Shown here: positions 35,445 through 46,842 of the stretch, piece after piece
Position numbering within the stretch: the first letter of the stretch is position 1
Layout: every line of letters starts with the position of its first letter
Origin: Pseudogymnoascus verrucosus
Lineage: Eukaryota
DNA: 64,000 nt
NCBI GenBank assembly: GCA_001662655.1
Contig: KV460262.1
Reading direction: 5' to 3' (one strand)
The notes under the pieces: model-generated
The model's database searches: none
Told to the model about the DNA's origin: nothing
Seen by the model: only the letters and a program-made list of their open reading frames with translations
Translations under genes and position numbers: made by a program

Positions 35445-37205
35445 ATGGCATCCAACTCCCCATCCTCCCCAGGCCATCAACCACCACACGATGCAGCCTC
35501 CTCCTCCTCCTCCACCTCCCTCCCCCCCGAAACCCGCCGACACAGCCACCACCCCTCCATCAACTCCCGCCACTCCTCTCACCAAGAATATATCGACTCC
35601 CTCCCCGTCCCTCCCCCCTCAGAACTCGCACGCATCGAGTACGTGCAGATCCAGAAAGAAGAAGACGAGAAGAAGGCGCACCGCCAGAGCCTCAGTGCGG
35701 ATACCCCGGAGCATCGGCACAGTGAGGAGGGGAGAGGGAGGAATGCGGCTGCTGAGCTGATACAGAGGAATTATAGGGGGTATAGGGAGCGCAGACAGAT
35801 GAGGGGGTGGGGACTGGATCCGGGGAGTAGGTGGGTTGAGGCGTTTAAGGAGGCGAGATATAGGAATTTGACGACGCCGAGGCCGAGGGGGAGTGTTGAT
35901 GAGACCGGGTCTAGACCTGGGACGGCGGGGGGCGAGGATAGCCCAGTGTCAGCGTCTGGGAAGCGATTAAGTGGTGCTGCTCGGGCGAACTGGACGAAAG
36001 TCGGCACGATAGTGAAGCGTGCAGCGAACGACGAGGATTCAAGCAGCGAGAGTAGCGGGGAGGATGAGACGGCCGGTGAGATCCGGCGATTGCGAGCGGA
36101 GAAGAAGGAGGAGAGGATGAGGTCTGCGAAGATGATGGATATTCAGTACTGGCTTGAGATGGTGGATGTCAGGCATCGGTATGGGAGTAATCTGCGAACG
36201 TACCACCAGGAGTGGCAGAGGGCGGAGACGAAAGAGAATTTCTTCTACTGGTTGGATTATGGGGAGGGGAGGAGGATTGAGTGTGCGGGGTGTTCGAGGG
36301 ACAGATTGGAGAGGGAGAGGATTAGGTATCTTAGCAAGGAGGAGAGGCTGGATTATTTGGTTAGGATTGATGGGGTGGGGAGGTTGTGTTGGGCGAAGGA
36401 TGGGAGGAGGATTGATACGACTACGAAGTATAGGGATAGTCTCCATGGTATTGTACCGGTTGAGAGCGATGCCCCGATGTTCAAACCTGAAGATGGCGAT
36501 CACACCATAGTACCATCACATATCGGCACCACCTCCTCGTCCGACTCAGACTCCGAAAAAGAAGCCGAGGCGCAACACTACGCAACTGACAGTTTCGACA
36601 AAGCTCGCGGAATGAAGAAAGTCAAGCACGTCTCCCCCTCTACAATCTTCAACAAGCTCCTCCGGAGCTCCGTCAAGAAGAATACCTGGATCTTCGTCGC
36701 GGATACCAATTTCCGGCTCTACGTGGGCATCAAGCAGTCTGGAGCTTTTCAGCACTCTTCTTTCCTGCATGGCTCGAGGATATCAGCCGCGGGATTGATC
36801 AAGATCAAAGACGGCCGCTTGGATGAACTTTCCCCCCTATCAGGGCACTACCGCCCACCCGTCTCCTCCTTCCGCGCCTTCGTCCACGCCCTCCGAGAAG
36901 GCGGGGTGGATATGTCACACGTCTCCATCTCGCGCTCCTACGCGGTGCTGGTGGGGCTCGAAGCATATGTCAAGACGAGGAAGAGGGGGAAGAAGGTGGT
37001 GGGGAAGTTGTTGCATGGACGGGATAAGATACTTAGTCCGGAGGAGGTGAGGAGGAGGGAGGAGGAGGAGAGGGATAAGAGTGAGAGTGCGGAGAGGGAG
37101 AGGAGGGTGTTGGAGCTGCAGAGGGAGGAGGGGGAGGGGGGGTTGTTGAGGAGGTTGCGGATTGGGGGTTCGCCGAGGGAGAGGAGGGAGGAGGGGAGTG
37201 GGTGA
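35445..37205 (+). CDS. IQ calmodulin-binding motif protein (IQM-like)
   Basis: AAELIQRNYRGYRERR IQ motif, YWLEMVDVRHRYGSNL, WIFV, FQHSSFLHG...AAG, LSPLSGHYRP. Confidence 0.88.
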   Translation: MASNSPSSPGHQPPHDAASSSSSTSLPPETRRHSHHPSINSRHSSHQEYIDSLPVPPPSELARIEYVQIQKEEDEKKAHRQSLSADTPEHRHSEEGRGRNAAAELIQRNYRGYRERRQMRGWGLDPGSRWVEAFKEARYRNLTTPRPRGSVDETGSRPGTAGGEDSPVSASGKRLSGAARANWTKVGTIVKRAANDEDSSSESSGEDETAGEIRRLRAEKKEERMRSAKMMDIQYWLEMVDVRHRYGSNLRTYHQEWQRAETKENFFYWLDYGEGRRIECAGCSRDRLERERIRYLSKEERLDYLVRIDGVGRLCWAKDGRRIDTTTKYRDSLHGIVPVESDAPMFKPEDGDHTIVPSHIGTTSSSDSDSEKEAEAQHYATDSFDKARGMKKVKHVSPSTIFNKLLRSSVKKNTWIFVADTNFRLYVGIKQSGAFQHSSFLHGSRISAAGLIKIKDGRLDELSPLSGHYRPPVSSFRAFVHALREGGVDMSHVSISRSYAVLVGLEAYVKTRKRGKKVVGKLLHGRDKILSPEEVRRREEEERDKSESAERERRVLELQREEGEGGLLRRLRIGGSPRERREEGSG

Positions 37206-38021
37206 GGTGGGGGGTGTAGGGGGGTGTGGATATGTATGGCTATAAGGAGGGCAAAATGAAGGCATACTGTGGGCATACTTAGGCATACCGTAGGCATAGA
37301 GCAGCTAGAAATGATGATACCCATTTGTATTTTAGTGCTTATATCATAAAATGCAAATAAATACACCAAATATTATGGTTTTTCGAGTATCCCTATATAT
37401 ACCTCCTAGTAGTCTTGAGAGGACTCGATGAATGAGAGTTTATAACTGCAAAGCTACATAATAGAGCTTCTTCTCTTTGTTTAATTTTTGAGTAACCAGC
37501 TTATTAAAAAGCTCTAGCACAATACATACAGTCCTAGGTGATTAATTTTCATTATTGTATTCACAGTTGCTATAAACACGTACGATGATTCCAGGGCAGC
37601 ATAAGTACTCTCTCAGTGCTCAGACCTCACTGGGATATCGCGACAACTCTACCAACAAGCAAAACACGAATGACAAGGCGACCAACAACTCTCCAAACAA
37701 TTCCCAATTGTACCATATGAAAAGAAAGTGAATTAATCCCTCGCTCCTTCCACGTACCCAAACTCGTCACAGACCCAGTAAATTGCCCTCGTCTCGACCC
37801 GCCGCCGCACCACGCTTCCTTCCCTGCCCTGTTCAACAACCAACTCTACGGCATCGGGTTAGCAAGCAAGTACCCCCCAAACCGCCAAAAATGCACCACC
37901 ACGAATAGAGAGAGTGCGCCCATCTCACGAATCGAATTCAATCGAAAAACACACCACCACCCACCTCCATTTCCCCCGAATGATTATCGAAACATGCACC
38001 ACAGACGGCAGACCTCAATTC

Positions 38022-39593
38022 ATGGCCACCCACCCCGCACCGTCGCGGCCGAGTCGAAGGCCTAGAGGCGTCGCTCCGTCGGAGAGCGAGCTCAATGTTT
38101 ACCCCCCGCGCGACCACATCACCGTCGATACGAAGCCGGTGAAGAAGACGCTGAAGAGGCCGAGGAGGTTGAGTGAGGCGGAACAGCAACAACAACAACA
38201 TGACCATTTTGGGTTGAAGAAATCGCGGTTCGCGACGATTGAGGATGCGAGGCCAAGGGCGCAGCAGCCTAGGAAGTTAGCTGTTGCTAAACCTACCAAT
38301 ACCCCGACCGCAGCGAAACCGGAGACGGCGCAGCGGCAGACACGGAATAAGGAGGAGGATACTACGGAAGAGAGGGTGCTGCCGAGGTATGCGGAGAAGG
38401 CGAGTAATGGGATTAAGCATGAGCTGGAGAGGCTGCAGCCTGGTGGGAAGGATACAAAGAGCAGCGAGACGCGGAAGCTGAGGTCGCAGGAGGGGACGAG
38501 GTTTAAGAGTGAATTGGCGTCGTACTTTCCCGATTACGATGTTGTGATTGGGAATGAGGCTGCTGAAGAGACGCGTAAGTTTTTAATGGCTACGGCTGGA
38601 CTATTTATTGCTGTTTTGAGGTCGGTTTCTAACTTTTGTACAGACTCGATTGATGCTGGGACGTCGATTATAATTTCTGATAGCAACCCTCCGACACAAC
38701 AGAAGCTGCCGAGCAATTCTAGTCCGAAAAAGAAACAGTTGGAGAATGGGGCGGGGAAAATGGCGTATAAGGATTTCAGTGATTCGCTGTTCTATGATCT
38801 GTATCAGGCACAGAAGGTGGACTTTACATTTTTGGATAGGCATACAAAAACCAACCCACAGTCAGACCCTCTGCCGGATTCATACTATGACATTCCCCAC
38901 CGACGGGGAAAGCGGCTGGAGATGTCCATCCGTAACTCCGAGAAGGGGCGGGCACAACATGAGAAAGATCAAGTGGCCCGATTGCTCGAAGGGCTGCAAG
39001 GCCATGACTGGTTAAAAGTGATGGGCGTCAGTGGGATAACTGAGAGCAAGAAGAAAGAGTTTGAGCCGGCTCGAGAACACTTCATCAAGGGGTGCCAAGG
39101 TATTCTCGACAAGTTCCGGTCATGGAAAGACGAGGAGAAACGCCGCAAGCTCGAGAAGGACAAAGCTTTGGCGGAGGCTGCTCAGGAGGGAGAAGACGAG
39201 AGCGAGGAAAGCGATGGCGATCCTCCCGATTACAGTGATGTCGATCACGCAGCCGCGATGCAGCTTCATGAGGAAGCCATTGCTCGCTCCGCACCGCACA
39301 CCTCTACTAAACGTAAGGCGGAAAAGCGGGCGAAAGTCGAGTTTGAGGAATTGCCTATGGATAGGGTGGAGAAGGAGTTCAAGTCGTTTTACAAAAAACC
39401 GCATTTGAGACAGGCTGCGTTGGGGAAGCAAAGGAAGAGTGGGAGGAGTGTGTCGGCGTGGGGTCATCCTATTCCTGAGGTGTCGGAGGTGGATTTTGAT
39501 CTGCCAGAGGAGCTGAAGGAGGAGGCGGCGAAGGATACCACGGCCAGGAGGAAAAGGAGGGTTAGGAGGGAGAGTTTGAGTAAGGCGGGTTAG
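38022..39593 (+). CDS. Sas4 (something about silencing 4) domain protein
   Basis: DPLPDSYYDIPHRRGKRLEMSIRNSEK...LLEGLQGHDWLKVMGV, C-terminal AWGHPIPEV. Probable intron at 38575-38643. Start could alternatively be 37980. Confidence 0.78.
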   Translation: MATHPAPSRPSRRPRGVAPSESELNVYPPRDHITVDTKPVKKTLKRPRRLSEAEQQQQQHDHFGLKKSRFATIEDARPRAQQPRKLAVAKPTNTPTAAKPETAQRQTRNKEEDTTEERVLPRYAEKASNGIKHELERLQPGGKDTKSSETRKLRSQEGTRFKSELASYFPDYDVVIGNEAAEETRKFLMATAGLFIAVLRSVSNFCTDSIDAGTSIIISDSNPPTQQKLPSNSSPKKKQLENGAGKMAYKDFSDSLFYDLYQAQKVDFTFLDRHTKTNPQSDPLPDSYYDIPHRRGKRLEMSIRNSEKGRAQHEKDQVARLLEGLQGHDWLKVMGVSGITESKKKEFEPAREHFIKGCQGILDKFRSWKDEEKRRKLEKDKALAEAAQEGEDESEESDGDPPDYSDVDHAAAMQLHEEAIARSAPHTSTKRKAEKRAKVEFEELPMDRVEKEFKSFYKKPHLRQAALGKQRKSGRSVSAWGHPIPEVSEVDFDLPEELKEEAAKDTTARRKRRVRRESLSKAG

Positions 39594-40432
39594 GCGGGAG
39601 AGCCTGAGCAGAGAATGAACCGTGATGTCGGGGCGAATCGAAAGTGCTTCATTTAGCTACTGACGTGAAACGGAAGTGCTGGGTGGTTTGTATGAGTTTG
39701 GTTTTGGGAGGCGCGGGCGTTGGAGTTGGCAAGACTTGGGGGTCTTTGTATGAGGTATGCATTACTATTGCTGGTTGGATTGCTTTTAGGAAGTACAGAA
39801 TATCCAATAATCCGATACCCTGCACATAAAGAATAAGAACAATCGTTTTTACCAAAAGCAAATATTTGAGTTGATATTCACTGTGGTTGTGGCACGTGAT
39901 CTAGATGATTTGGAGCCTTGCCAAGCAAACTGGTCGGTGGAGTGCATGGTTCACAGCTTGCGTCCAGAGCAAATAAATGTCGCGCTTCCCAGAGCTTCCA
40001 CTATCACGAAGTGGGCGCCTTAGACAATCACAGCGCCCTGCAGTAGATAAACATTCCCATAATAAAGTACAATAAACAAAATCGCACTTTGACCTCACCC
40101 ACCTTAGTAGCTTTCATCTCAACCTCAGCGCAAGACCACACTCCCTCTGGCCTGACCACCCTGCGATCCTCAGGTTTTGGCGCAAGCTCGGCGACCCATC
40201 CTGAACTCTCTCCATCTACACAAACCTCACCACCACGCCCCGCGACGCGCAAGACCACCCCAACAACCCGATCGCAAACACCGCAACCACTCCATGACAT
40301 CTCGGCCCACGTGAAGCAGCGCGCATATGAATGAGGCTGCACGCAGGCCCGGGCGCGAGTCGTGAAGACGGCCACCACTCAACCACCGAGGAGCAACCGC
40401 GATAGCCACCCACCACCATCACCGCCACGACG

Positions 40433-43400
40433 ATGGACGGCGCCGCGCCACGCGCCGCCACTGCGCCCGTCGAGGAGTACTCACCCGGCTTCGTCGTATC
40501 GCACCAGAAGCTCGAGATCGAGATCGACTTTGTGGGACGCTGCATCAGAGGCCGAACTGAAATCACGATCCTGCCCCAGCGCCGCGACCTGAGGGAACTG
40601 AGGTTCAATGCGAGACAGTGCGAGATAAAGGAGAGGGGTGTGCTGGTTAATGGGCGCGCGGCGGAGATACAATATGAGGACCCCTATGAGAGGGTGGATA
40701 TCCCGGACTATATCATCCAGAACGCACATCAGCATGAGGTGCAGAAGGATAGGGTGAAGTCGTTGCGCGACTCGCGGATCGTACCGGGCGAGTTGACCAT
40801 CTATATGCCCAAGTCGGTGAAAATCGAAGACATCAATCCGTTTTCGGAGCAGGCGCCGAGCGCGGTGAAGGACAGGGCGCTGGTGAATGCGAGGGCGTCG
40901 TCGGTGACTGCGAATGGGACTTCGATTACTGCCTCTACACCTATTCTGACTCCGAAATCGAGCGAAGATCAGTCAATACGTTTTGCGCCGCTGACGGTGT
41001 CGATACCGTTCTCGGTGAAGAGCTTTAGGGATGGGCTGCACTGGGTGGGCGTGCAGGATGGAGATACGAAATACCCACATGTGTATACGAGGCATTCGCT
41101 GTTTGGCGGTGTTGCGAGTTGCATATTCCCTTGCATCGACAACCCGGCGATGAGGTGCACTTGGGAGATAGTGATCAAGTGCGGGAGGACCTTGGGAGAT
41201 GCCATGAGGCGGACAACACCCCTGAAAGCAAATGGGATACACTCGAATAAAAAGGGACTAGAAAACCACAGGGCCAACGGGGTTCATGGGGTTCACGGGC
41301 ACTCTGAGCCTTCGGAATTTGTTATAGATCTCAGCAATGAGGACAGTCTTCTGGAGATGAATGCAGTCTGTGCAGGGGAGCTCATTCACGAAGTGCAAGA
41401 CCCAAAGGACATCGCCAAGAAGATCGTTACCTACCACTGCAGCACCCAAGTTGGACCAGAACATATCGGCTTCTCCGTGGGCCCGTTTGAGCAAGTGGAT
41501 CTCTCCGAATTCCGCGAGGATGAAGGGAATGATAAGCTTGGCCAGAAGGCCGTCAAAGTCTATGGCTACTGTTTACCAGGTCGTGCGGACGAGCTCAAGA
41601 ACACGTGCGAGACGATGGCATTCGCTGTCGACTGGTTTTCTCTCAATTTCGGCTCCTACCCCTTTCCCGACTACAAAGTCTGCTTTGTGGACGACCAGAT
41701 CTCAGATACTATATCGGTGGCAGCTCTGTCATTGTGCAGCTCGCGGCTAATAATCCCGGAAGACATTATCGACCCCGAGGTTGAGACGACACGGAAACTC
41801 ATTCACGCTCTTGCTAGCCAGTGGATCGGAGTGAGCATCATTCCAAACCAGCGGAGGGACATGTGGGTTGTGGTTGGGGTATCGTACTACATCACAGATC
41901 TATGCATGCAGAAGCTTTGCGGGAATAACGACTATCGGTTCCGACAAAAGGCCAATGCGGATAAACTTGTGGACCTGGACTTTCAACGGCCGTCGATACA
42001 CGCCTTGGGAGAAATCCTTCATCTGGGACAGTTCGAAATGGACTTTATGATCTTGAAGGCACCGTTGGTGCTTTTTATTCTTGACCGGCGGTTAACGAAA
42101 TTGTCTGGGTCCACGGGGATTGTTCGTGTCATTTCTAGGTTACTCTACAATGCCAGTATTGGTGAGGTCTCAGACAGGGCGGTTACGACGGAGGGGTTTC
42201 GAAGGTTATGCGAGAAGATTGGACATTATAAGCTCGATGCTTTCTTCAACCAATGGATCATGGGAGCCGGGTGCCCAAGATTTCAAGTCACCCAGAAGTT
42301 CAACAAGAAGAAACTAGCGGTGGAGATGACCATCAGCCAGAAGCAAGATACTCAACCGACACAGCGAAAGCTCGAAAAGGACCAGTTTCAGAGAGAATTT
42401 AAGGAGGAAGCTTACGGAGTTTATGCAGGGGATGTTCAGCCCGTCTTCACAGGACCCATGACGATCAGGATTCACGAATCTGATGGGACACCTTACGAAC
42501 ATATCGTGGAGATCAGAGAAGGGATACAGAAAATTGAGATCCCTTACCACACCAAATACAAGCGCCTGAAAAGGAGTCGGCGAGAGAAAGAACGAGCTAC
42601 AGCTGGCCCCGGCGTAGACATAACTTCGGAGAATCACGACGATGTGCTTCTATACTGCTTAGGCGACGTTTTGCAGTCGAAGGATGACGTGCAGGAGTGG
42701 GGTCTGGTGGATTGGGATTCAGAGATGGAGATGAAGATGGATCAAGAGTCGTACGAATGGATTCGCATGGACGCTGATTTCGAATGGATCTGCGAGCTGA
42801 GTCTGAACATGCCGTCATACATGTATCTTTCCCAGCTACAGCAAGACCGAGATGTTGTTGCTCAACAAGATTCCATGCTTTTCTTAGCTAAGAGCCCACC
42901 GCATCCTCTGGTGTCGACGATTCTAATTAGGACGCTGATGGACCGCCGGTATTTCTGGGGGATCCGGGAAATGGCCTGCAGATACCTCGCAACGCATGGT
43001 GTTGAAGCTCATAACTGGATCGGGAGAGTCCACCTCGAAAAGGCGTTCCAGAGGATGTTTTGCTACCCCGGCTCGAGCATGCCAAAGTCAAATGACTTCT
43101 CTGACAAGACGGACTACCGCATGAAACTGGCGATCCCAAAGTCTATGGCCAGAGTTCGCAACAACGAAGGCAAATGTCCTCTTGAGGCACGCCAATTCCT
43201 TCTTGACTTACTCAGATTCAACGACAACGGCAACAACGAATACTCCGATTACTACTATATCTGTACGTTGATGAAAGCCCTCACAGACTCTTTGATACCC
43301 GTCAAAAATGAGACTCCGGGCGGTATGAGCTTCAGCTTTGCAGACGAGGATGAAGAGGAACTACAGAAATTCCAGCAGGTTGCGCTCGAGGAGATCGAGA

Positions 43401-44758
43401 GATATCGCAGGATGGATGAGTGGATATTATCTTACCAAAACATCTACACAAAAACCGCCTTGGAGTGCAAGCGTCGCCTGATGAAGAACAAAATTACGCC
43501 TTCGGATCCTAGAGAGTTGTTTGCATACACGCACGACGGAACTATGGACCTCGTTCGCATACAAGCCTTCGATGCATTGACCGACCTCGGATATCTCTCT
43601 AGCGAACATCTTTTAAGATATTTCTTGAATGTGATGAGCACTGATGCCTCGCCTTTCGTTCGAGATCGTCTTTGCCAGATTTTGTTCTCCGGCCTGGGAG
43701 CAGTTGCGCTTGGTGAACACAGCAAAGCCGAAGCCGAACCAAAGCAAGAAGAAGACATGGATACCCTGATTGTTGAGAACGAGACATCGATGGAGGCTAA
43801 GAAAGCGCTTGTTGCGCGAACAACAAGCATAGAAGGTGCGATGAATGCGCTTAAGGAGGAGCTCGAGAAGAATGCCACTCTTAAGCAGGGGTTGTGGGAT
43901 GCCGTGAGGTCGAGGCAGATTGCGGTGTCTGAGCAATCCGATTACCTTGATATATGCACCGTCCTCTACGACGCGGTAGAGTCTATGGTTGTGCGCATGA
44001 AATATCCACGGTATTGGAAAGCGAAGTATCTTGGAAAGGTGAGTTACATATTAGAATTTGTCTTCCAGTCCGACACTAACAATTACAAGGGCAAAATACG
44101 CTTCCGGCAGACTAATAAAATCCGCACTAAGCCGCGTCCTGTGGCGGTCCCTGTGGCGGCCCCTGTGAAGAAAACTGCTCCGCCCATTATCCTGGCACCA
44201 CAGAGGCCTACACCATCACCTTCTGTGGCCCGGGGGGATACTATCAAGACCGAGCATGGCAGTATGAAGCCGCCCAGTACGAAGCCGCCCAGTATGAAGC
44301 CGCCCAGTATGAAGCCGCCCAAACGACCTGCACCACCCAGCTTCAGCGACAAATCCCGTCCTTCAAAAATCGTGAAGCTCCGCATGTCGCACGAAAAACT
44401 TAAACGATTTCCCCGCGGCGGCCCTGCACGATCTCCTCTACCATCATCACGACCCTCCCAATCACCCTCTCTTTCTAGACCTTCGCCTTCTCCCTCTCTT
44501 TCAAAACCCCCACGCGAGTCCCCAACACCGTCATGGTCATCAGCCTCACCCGGACCTCGCAACACCACCCCCGGAACACCCAGTTCCACAGGCCAGAAAA
44601 TCCGCGTTCCACTCCCTAGCGGCGCCCGTGTGCCTCTCCCCAGCGGACCAACGCCGCCTCCACAGGCACCGGTCAAGAAACCTAGTCTCAAGATCAGGCT
44701 AAGCTTTGGGTCGAAGAAGGCGGAGCCGAAGACGGAGCCAAAGACGGAGCCGAAGTAG
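40433..44758 (+). CDS. TAF2: TFIID subunit Taf2
   Basis: Aminopeptidase-like fold (HQKLEIEIDF, FPCID, HALASQWIG), EWIRMDADFEWIC, QLQQDRDVVAQ, LRFNDNGNNEYSD. Probable in-frame 51-nt intron at 44039-44089. Confidence 0.95.
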   Translation: MDGAAPRAATAPVEEYSPGFVVSHQKLEIEIDFVGRCIRGRTEITILPQRRDLRELRFNARQCEIKERGVLVNGRAAEIQYEDPYERVDIPDYIIQNAHQHEVQKDRVKSLRDSRIVPGELTIYMPKSVKIEDINPFSEQAPSAVKDRALVNARASSVTANGTSITASTPILTPKSSEDQSIRFAPLTVSIPFSVKSFRDGLHWVGVQDGDTKYPHVYTRHSLFGGVASCIFPCIDNPAMRCTWEIVIKCGRTLGDAMRRTTPLKANGIHSNKKGLENHRANGVHGVHGHSEPSEFVIDLSNEDSLLEMNAVCAGELIHEVQDPKDIAKKIVTYHCSTQVGPEHIGFSVGPFEQVDLSEFREDEGNDKLGQKAVKVYGYCLPGRADELKNTCETMAFAVDWFSLNFGSYPFPDYKVCFVDDQISDTISVAALSLCSSRLIIPEDIIDPEVETTRKLIHALASQWIGVSIIPNQRRDMWVVVGVSYYITDLCMQKLCGNNDYRFRQKANADKLVDLDFQRPSIHALGEILHLGQFEMDFMILKAPLVLFILDRRLTKLSGSTGIVRVISRLLYNASIGEVSDRAVTTEGFRRLCEKIGHYKLDAFFNQWIMGAGCPRFQVTQKFNKKKLAVEMTISQKQDTQPTQRKLEKDQFQREFKEEAYGVYAGDVQPVFTGPMTIRIHESDGTPYEHIVEIREGIQKIEIPYHTKYKRLKRSRREKERATAGPGVDITSENHDDVLLYCLGDVLQSKDDVQEWGLVDWDSEMEMKMDQESYEWIRMDADFEWICELSLNMPSYMYLSQLQQDRDVVAQQDSMLFLAKSPPHPLVSTILIRTLMDRRYFWGIREMACRYLATHGVEAHNWIGRVHLEKAFQRMFCYPGSSMPKSNDFSDKTDYRMKLAIPKSMARVRNNEGKCPLEARQFLLDLLRFNDNGNNEYSDYYYICTLMKALTDSLIPVKNETPGGMSFSFADEDEEELQKFQQVALEEIERYRRMDEWILSYQNIYTKTALECKRRLMKNKITPSDPRELFAYTHDGTMDLVRIQAFDALTDLGYLSSEHLLRYFLNVMSTDASPFVRDRLCQILFSGLGAVALGEHSKAEAEPKQEEDMDTLIVENETSMEAKKALVARTTSIEGAMNALKEELEKNATLKQGLWDAVRSRQIAVSEQSDYLDICTVLYDAVESMVVRMKYPRYWKAKYLGKVSYILEFVFQSDTNNYKGKIRFRQTNKIRTKPRPVAVPVAAPVKKTAPPIILAPQRPTPSPSVARGDTIKTEHGSMKPPSTKPPSMKPPSMKPPKRPAPPSFSDKSRPSKIVKLRMSHEKLKRFPRGGPARSPLPSSRPSQSPSLSRPSPSPSLSKPPRESPTPSWSSASPGPRNTTPGTPSSTGQKIRVPLPSGARVPLPSGPTPPPQAPVKKPSLKIRLSFGSKKAEPKTEPKTEPK

Positions 44759-45139
44759 TGTTATAAGGACGAGAGTCCGAGAAATTTTGTTTTCATAGTA
44801 CGATAGGAAATATGCCTTTGGCTGGAGCGCCGGAGCAGCTCTCATGGCGTGCTGGGCACAGTCCAGAGGTGGAATTGTAGGCTAGGCGTTGTTTTTTACA
44901 CATAGAATATGGCGTCCGGAGGCGAGACTTGATGGGCGAGTCGTTTGGTAGTTAGGGATCATGCATGGATTTGGTTGCATGGCATGGCGGCGTTTGATTG
45001 TAGGAAATGGAGGATGCCATAGGTTGATGGATCTCGACCAAAATATAATAATTTCTGAATAAACTCGTTCATGTGACATGAAGATGAGCATCAGGAGCGC
45101 GCTGGTAACAGCAGATCAGGTTTGTTTGCGTACGATGAC

Positions 45140-45376
45140 TTAGCTGCGCGATGCAAGCCCAAGCCTCTCTTCTCTCGTCTTGGGTTGTGGTCTACCGTGG
45201 CCCTGCATCTTATGTCCATCGTTGGGATTCACGTTCTGGCCCTTCTGAGCCTGCATTTGTGCTGCTCGCAGCATCTCTGCTCGCAAAGCTTCTTCTGCTG
45301 CTGCGTTCTGTCGGTCTTCATAGGACGCGACGTCCTCGTTGGTAATTGATATGGCGGTTGGCTTTCGGCGGAGCAT
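45140..45376 (-). CDS. CDC26: APC/C subunit Cdc26-like small protein
   Basis: N-terminal MLRRKPTAISITNED matches the Cdc26/Hcn1 signature; 78 aa. Confidence 0.8.
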   Translation of the reverse strand: MLRRKPTAISITNEDVASYEDRQNAAAEEALRAEMLRAAQMQAQKGQNVNPNDGHKMQGHGRPQPKTREERLGLASRS

Positions 45377-45650
45377 CTTCGCGGTAGTTATTCAGAGGCG
45401 CGGAAATCGTAACAAGAAGCCAGTTATGATGCAGCCAGATGTATACTTTGAGGATATCCCAAGTGATATGAACTATGTTGTATATGTTGTGTCGTATGTT
45501 GGTGGGGAAGGTGATTGTGGTTGTCACGTCGGATGGTAGAGCCCAGCCTCGTAGCCTTGTGATCCTCATAATTAAGGTTTGCGACATCCAAATCTTTGAG
45601 CCGACCTCAGAAATATCTCAAGGTGACAACCATAGCACCACATCCGCGCC

Positions 45651-46842
45651 ATGTTCAAGTGGCACATACAATCGGCTGTGAGCCGCAGCAGGCCGGTTGC
45701 CAATGACTTGAAAGTCGTTTCAGATGGCATCGCAGCCTCTTTACGGCAATTTCACGCCTCGGTGTCTCGGGCAGAGGGTGGTGCGTTCGAACTCCCCTGG
45801 TCCTACCAATTGCTTCATCGCATAGTATAATCGACCAATTGACCCGTGGCTAACTTGACCAGAAAAACCTAACCCTCCCGTTCGCACTCTTCGCATAACC
45901 CGCACCGCAACCGCGACGGCCGAGCTCTCGTCCCTCAAGCCCTCCAAGCCCCGCGGCGTCGACGCCCGCTCCCTCGCTGCAGCTCCGCCACGAACCCTCA
46001 ACATCACTCGCACTTTTAACGATACACCACAACGAGGAGGGGGAGGCTTTCAACCCCGCGGACGAGGCGGTTTTGTCCCTAGAGGCCGCGGCGGATCTGG
46101 CGATCGTGGACGAGGCGGCTTCGTTCCCAGGGGCCGCGGCGGATTTGGCGCCGGTGGACGCGGCGGTGCTATGTCCCGTGGTCGTGGTGGTGCTAATGCC
46201 CGCGGACGTGGAAGAGGAGGTGCGAGAGGCAGCAGGGGCAAGAAGTCCCAAGGACCAAAACGAGAGGCTGAGGATTATGAGGATGTGCCGTTGTCCCCTG
46301 AGGAATTGGCATATGCGGCTGCACGGGACATGGGGGTCCAGAGAGCTGCGCTTTCGGGTACAACAACACATGCGGACCTGGAATATAATATTCCTAGTCT
46401 GGCAACAGGCTCGGCGCCTCTGGGGTTGGTGGAGACGGTACGGGATCATATAAGAAAGTTGACAGGGCAGCATGGGAATGAGCTGCTGGATGCGCGTGCT
46501 CATGCGAACCAGTACAACTACGGACGGGGCACTCTGTTCCTTGATGAGGCAGAGAAAAACAGTATTCTGGGCCCGAACTACGCTGAAGGCACCCCGAAGG
46601 AGTATAAGACCATTAGCAAGGAGGAGAGGGAGGCTATTATGAAGGCATTGGTTGGAGGCCAATATCCAAGTGTGTCCTCACCTAAGGCGGACGACATACT
46701 AGGGGGAGTGGAGATCAAGGGGAACATGAATCCTACATACTTGCCTGCAAATACTGCGTCGCTGAAGGGAAAGGTACAGCAACTTCTGCCGGTTTTAAAA
46801 CCAAGGAAGAGCGCGCCGGCAAAGGCGGGTGCTAAGGCTTGA
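45651..46842 (+). CDS. Predicted mitochondrial RGG-rich protein of unknown function
   Basis: gccATG at 45651 gives MFKWHIQSAVSRSRP...LRQFHASVSRAE (presequence-like). An intron at 45781-45862 (GTGCGT...GCTAAC...CAG) joins in frame to an RGRGG repeat region and the ORF ending at 46842. Confidence 0.75.

Noticed and set aside
38575..38643. Several stop-free introns with lengths divisible by 3 (Sas4 69 nt, CPT1/EPT1 69 nt, TAF2 51 nt, Rsc4-like 48 nt)
   Set aside because: With dozens of short introns a few such cases are expected by chance. They have normal branch sites and merely make the ORF track read through.
44262..44320. 15-bp tandem repeat (SMKPP) in TAF2
   Set aside because: Ordinary low-complexity expansion in a disordered tail.
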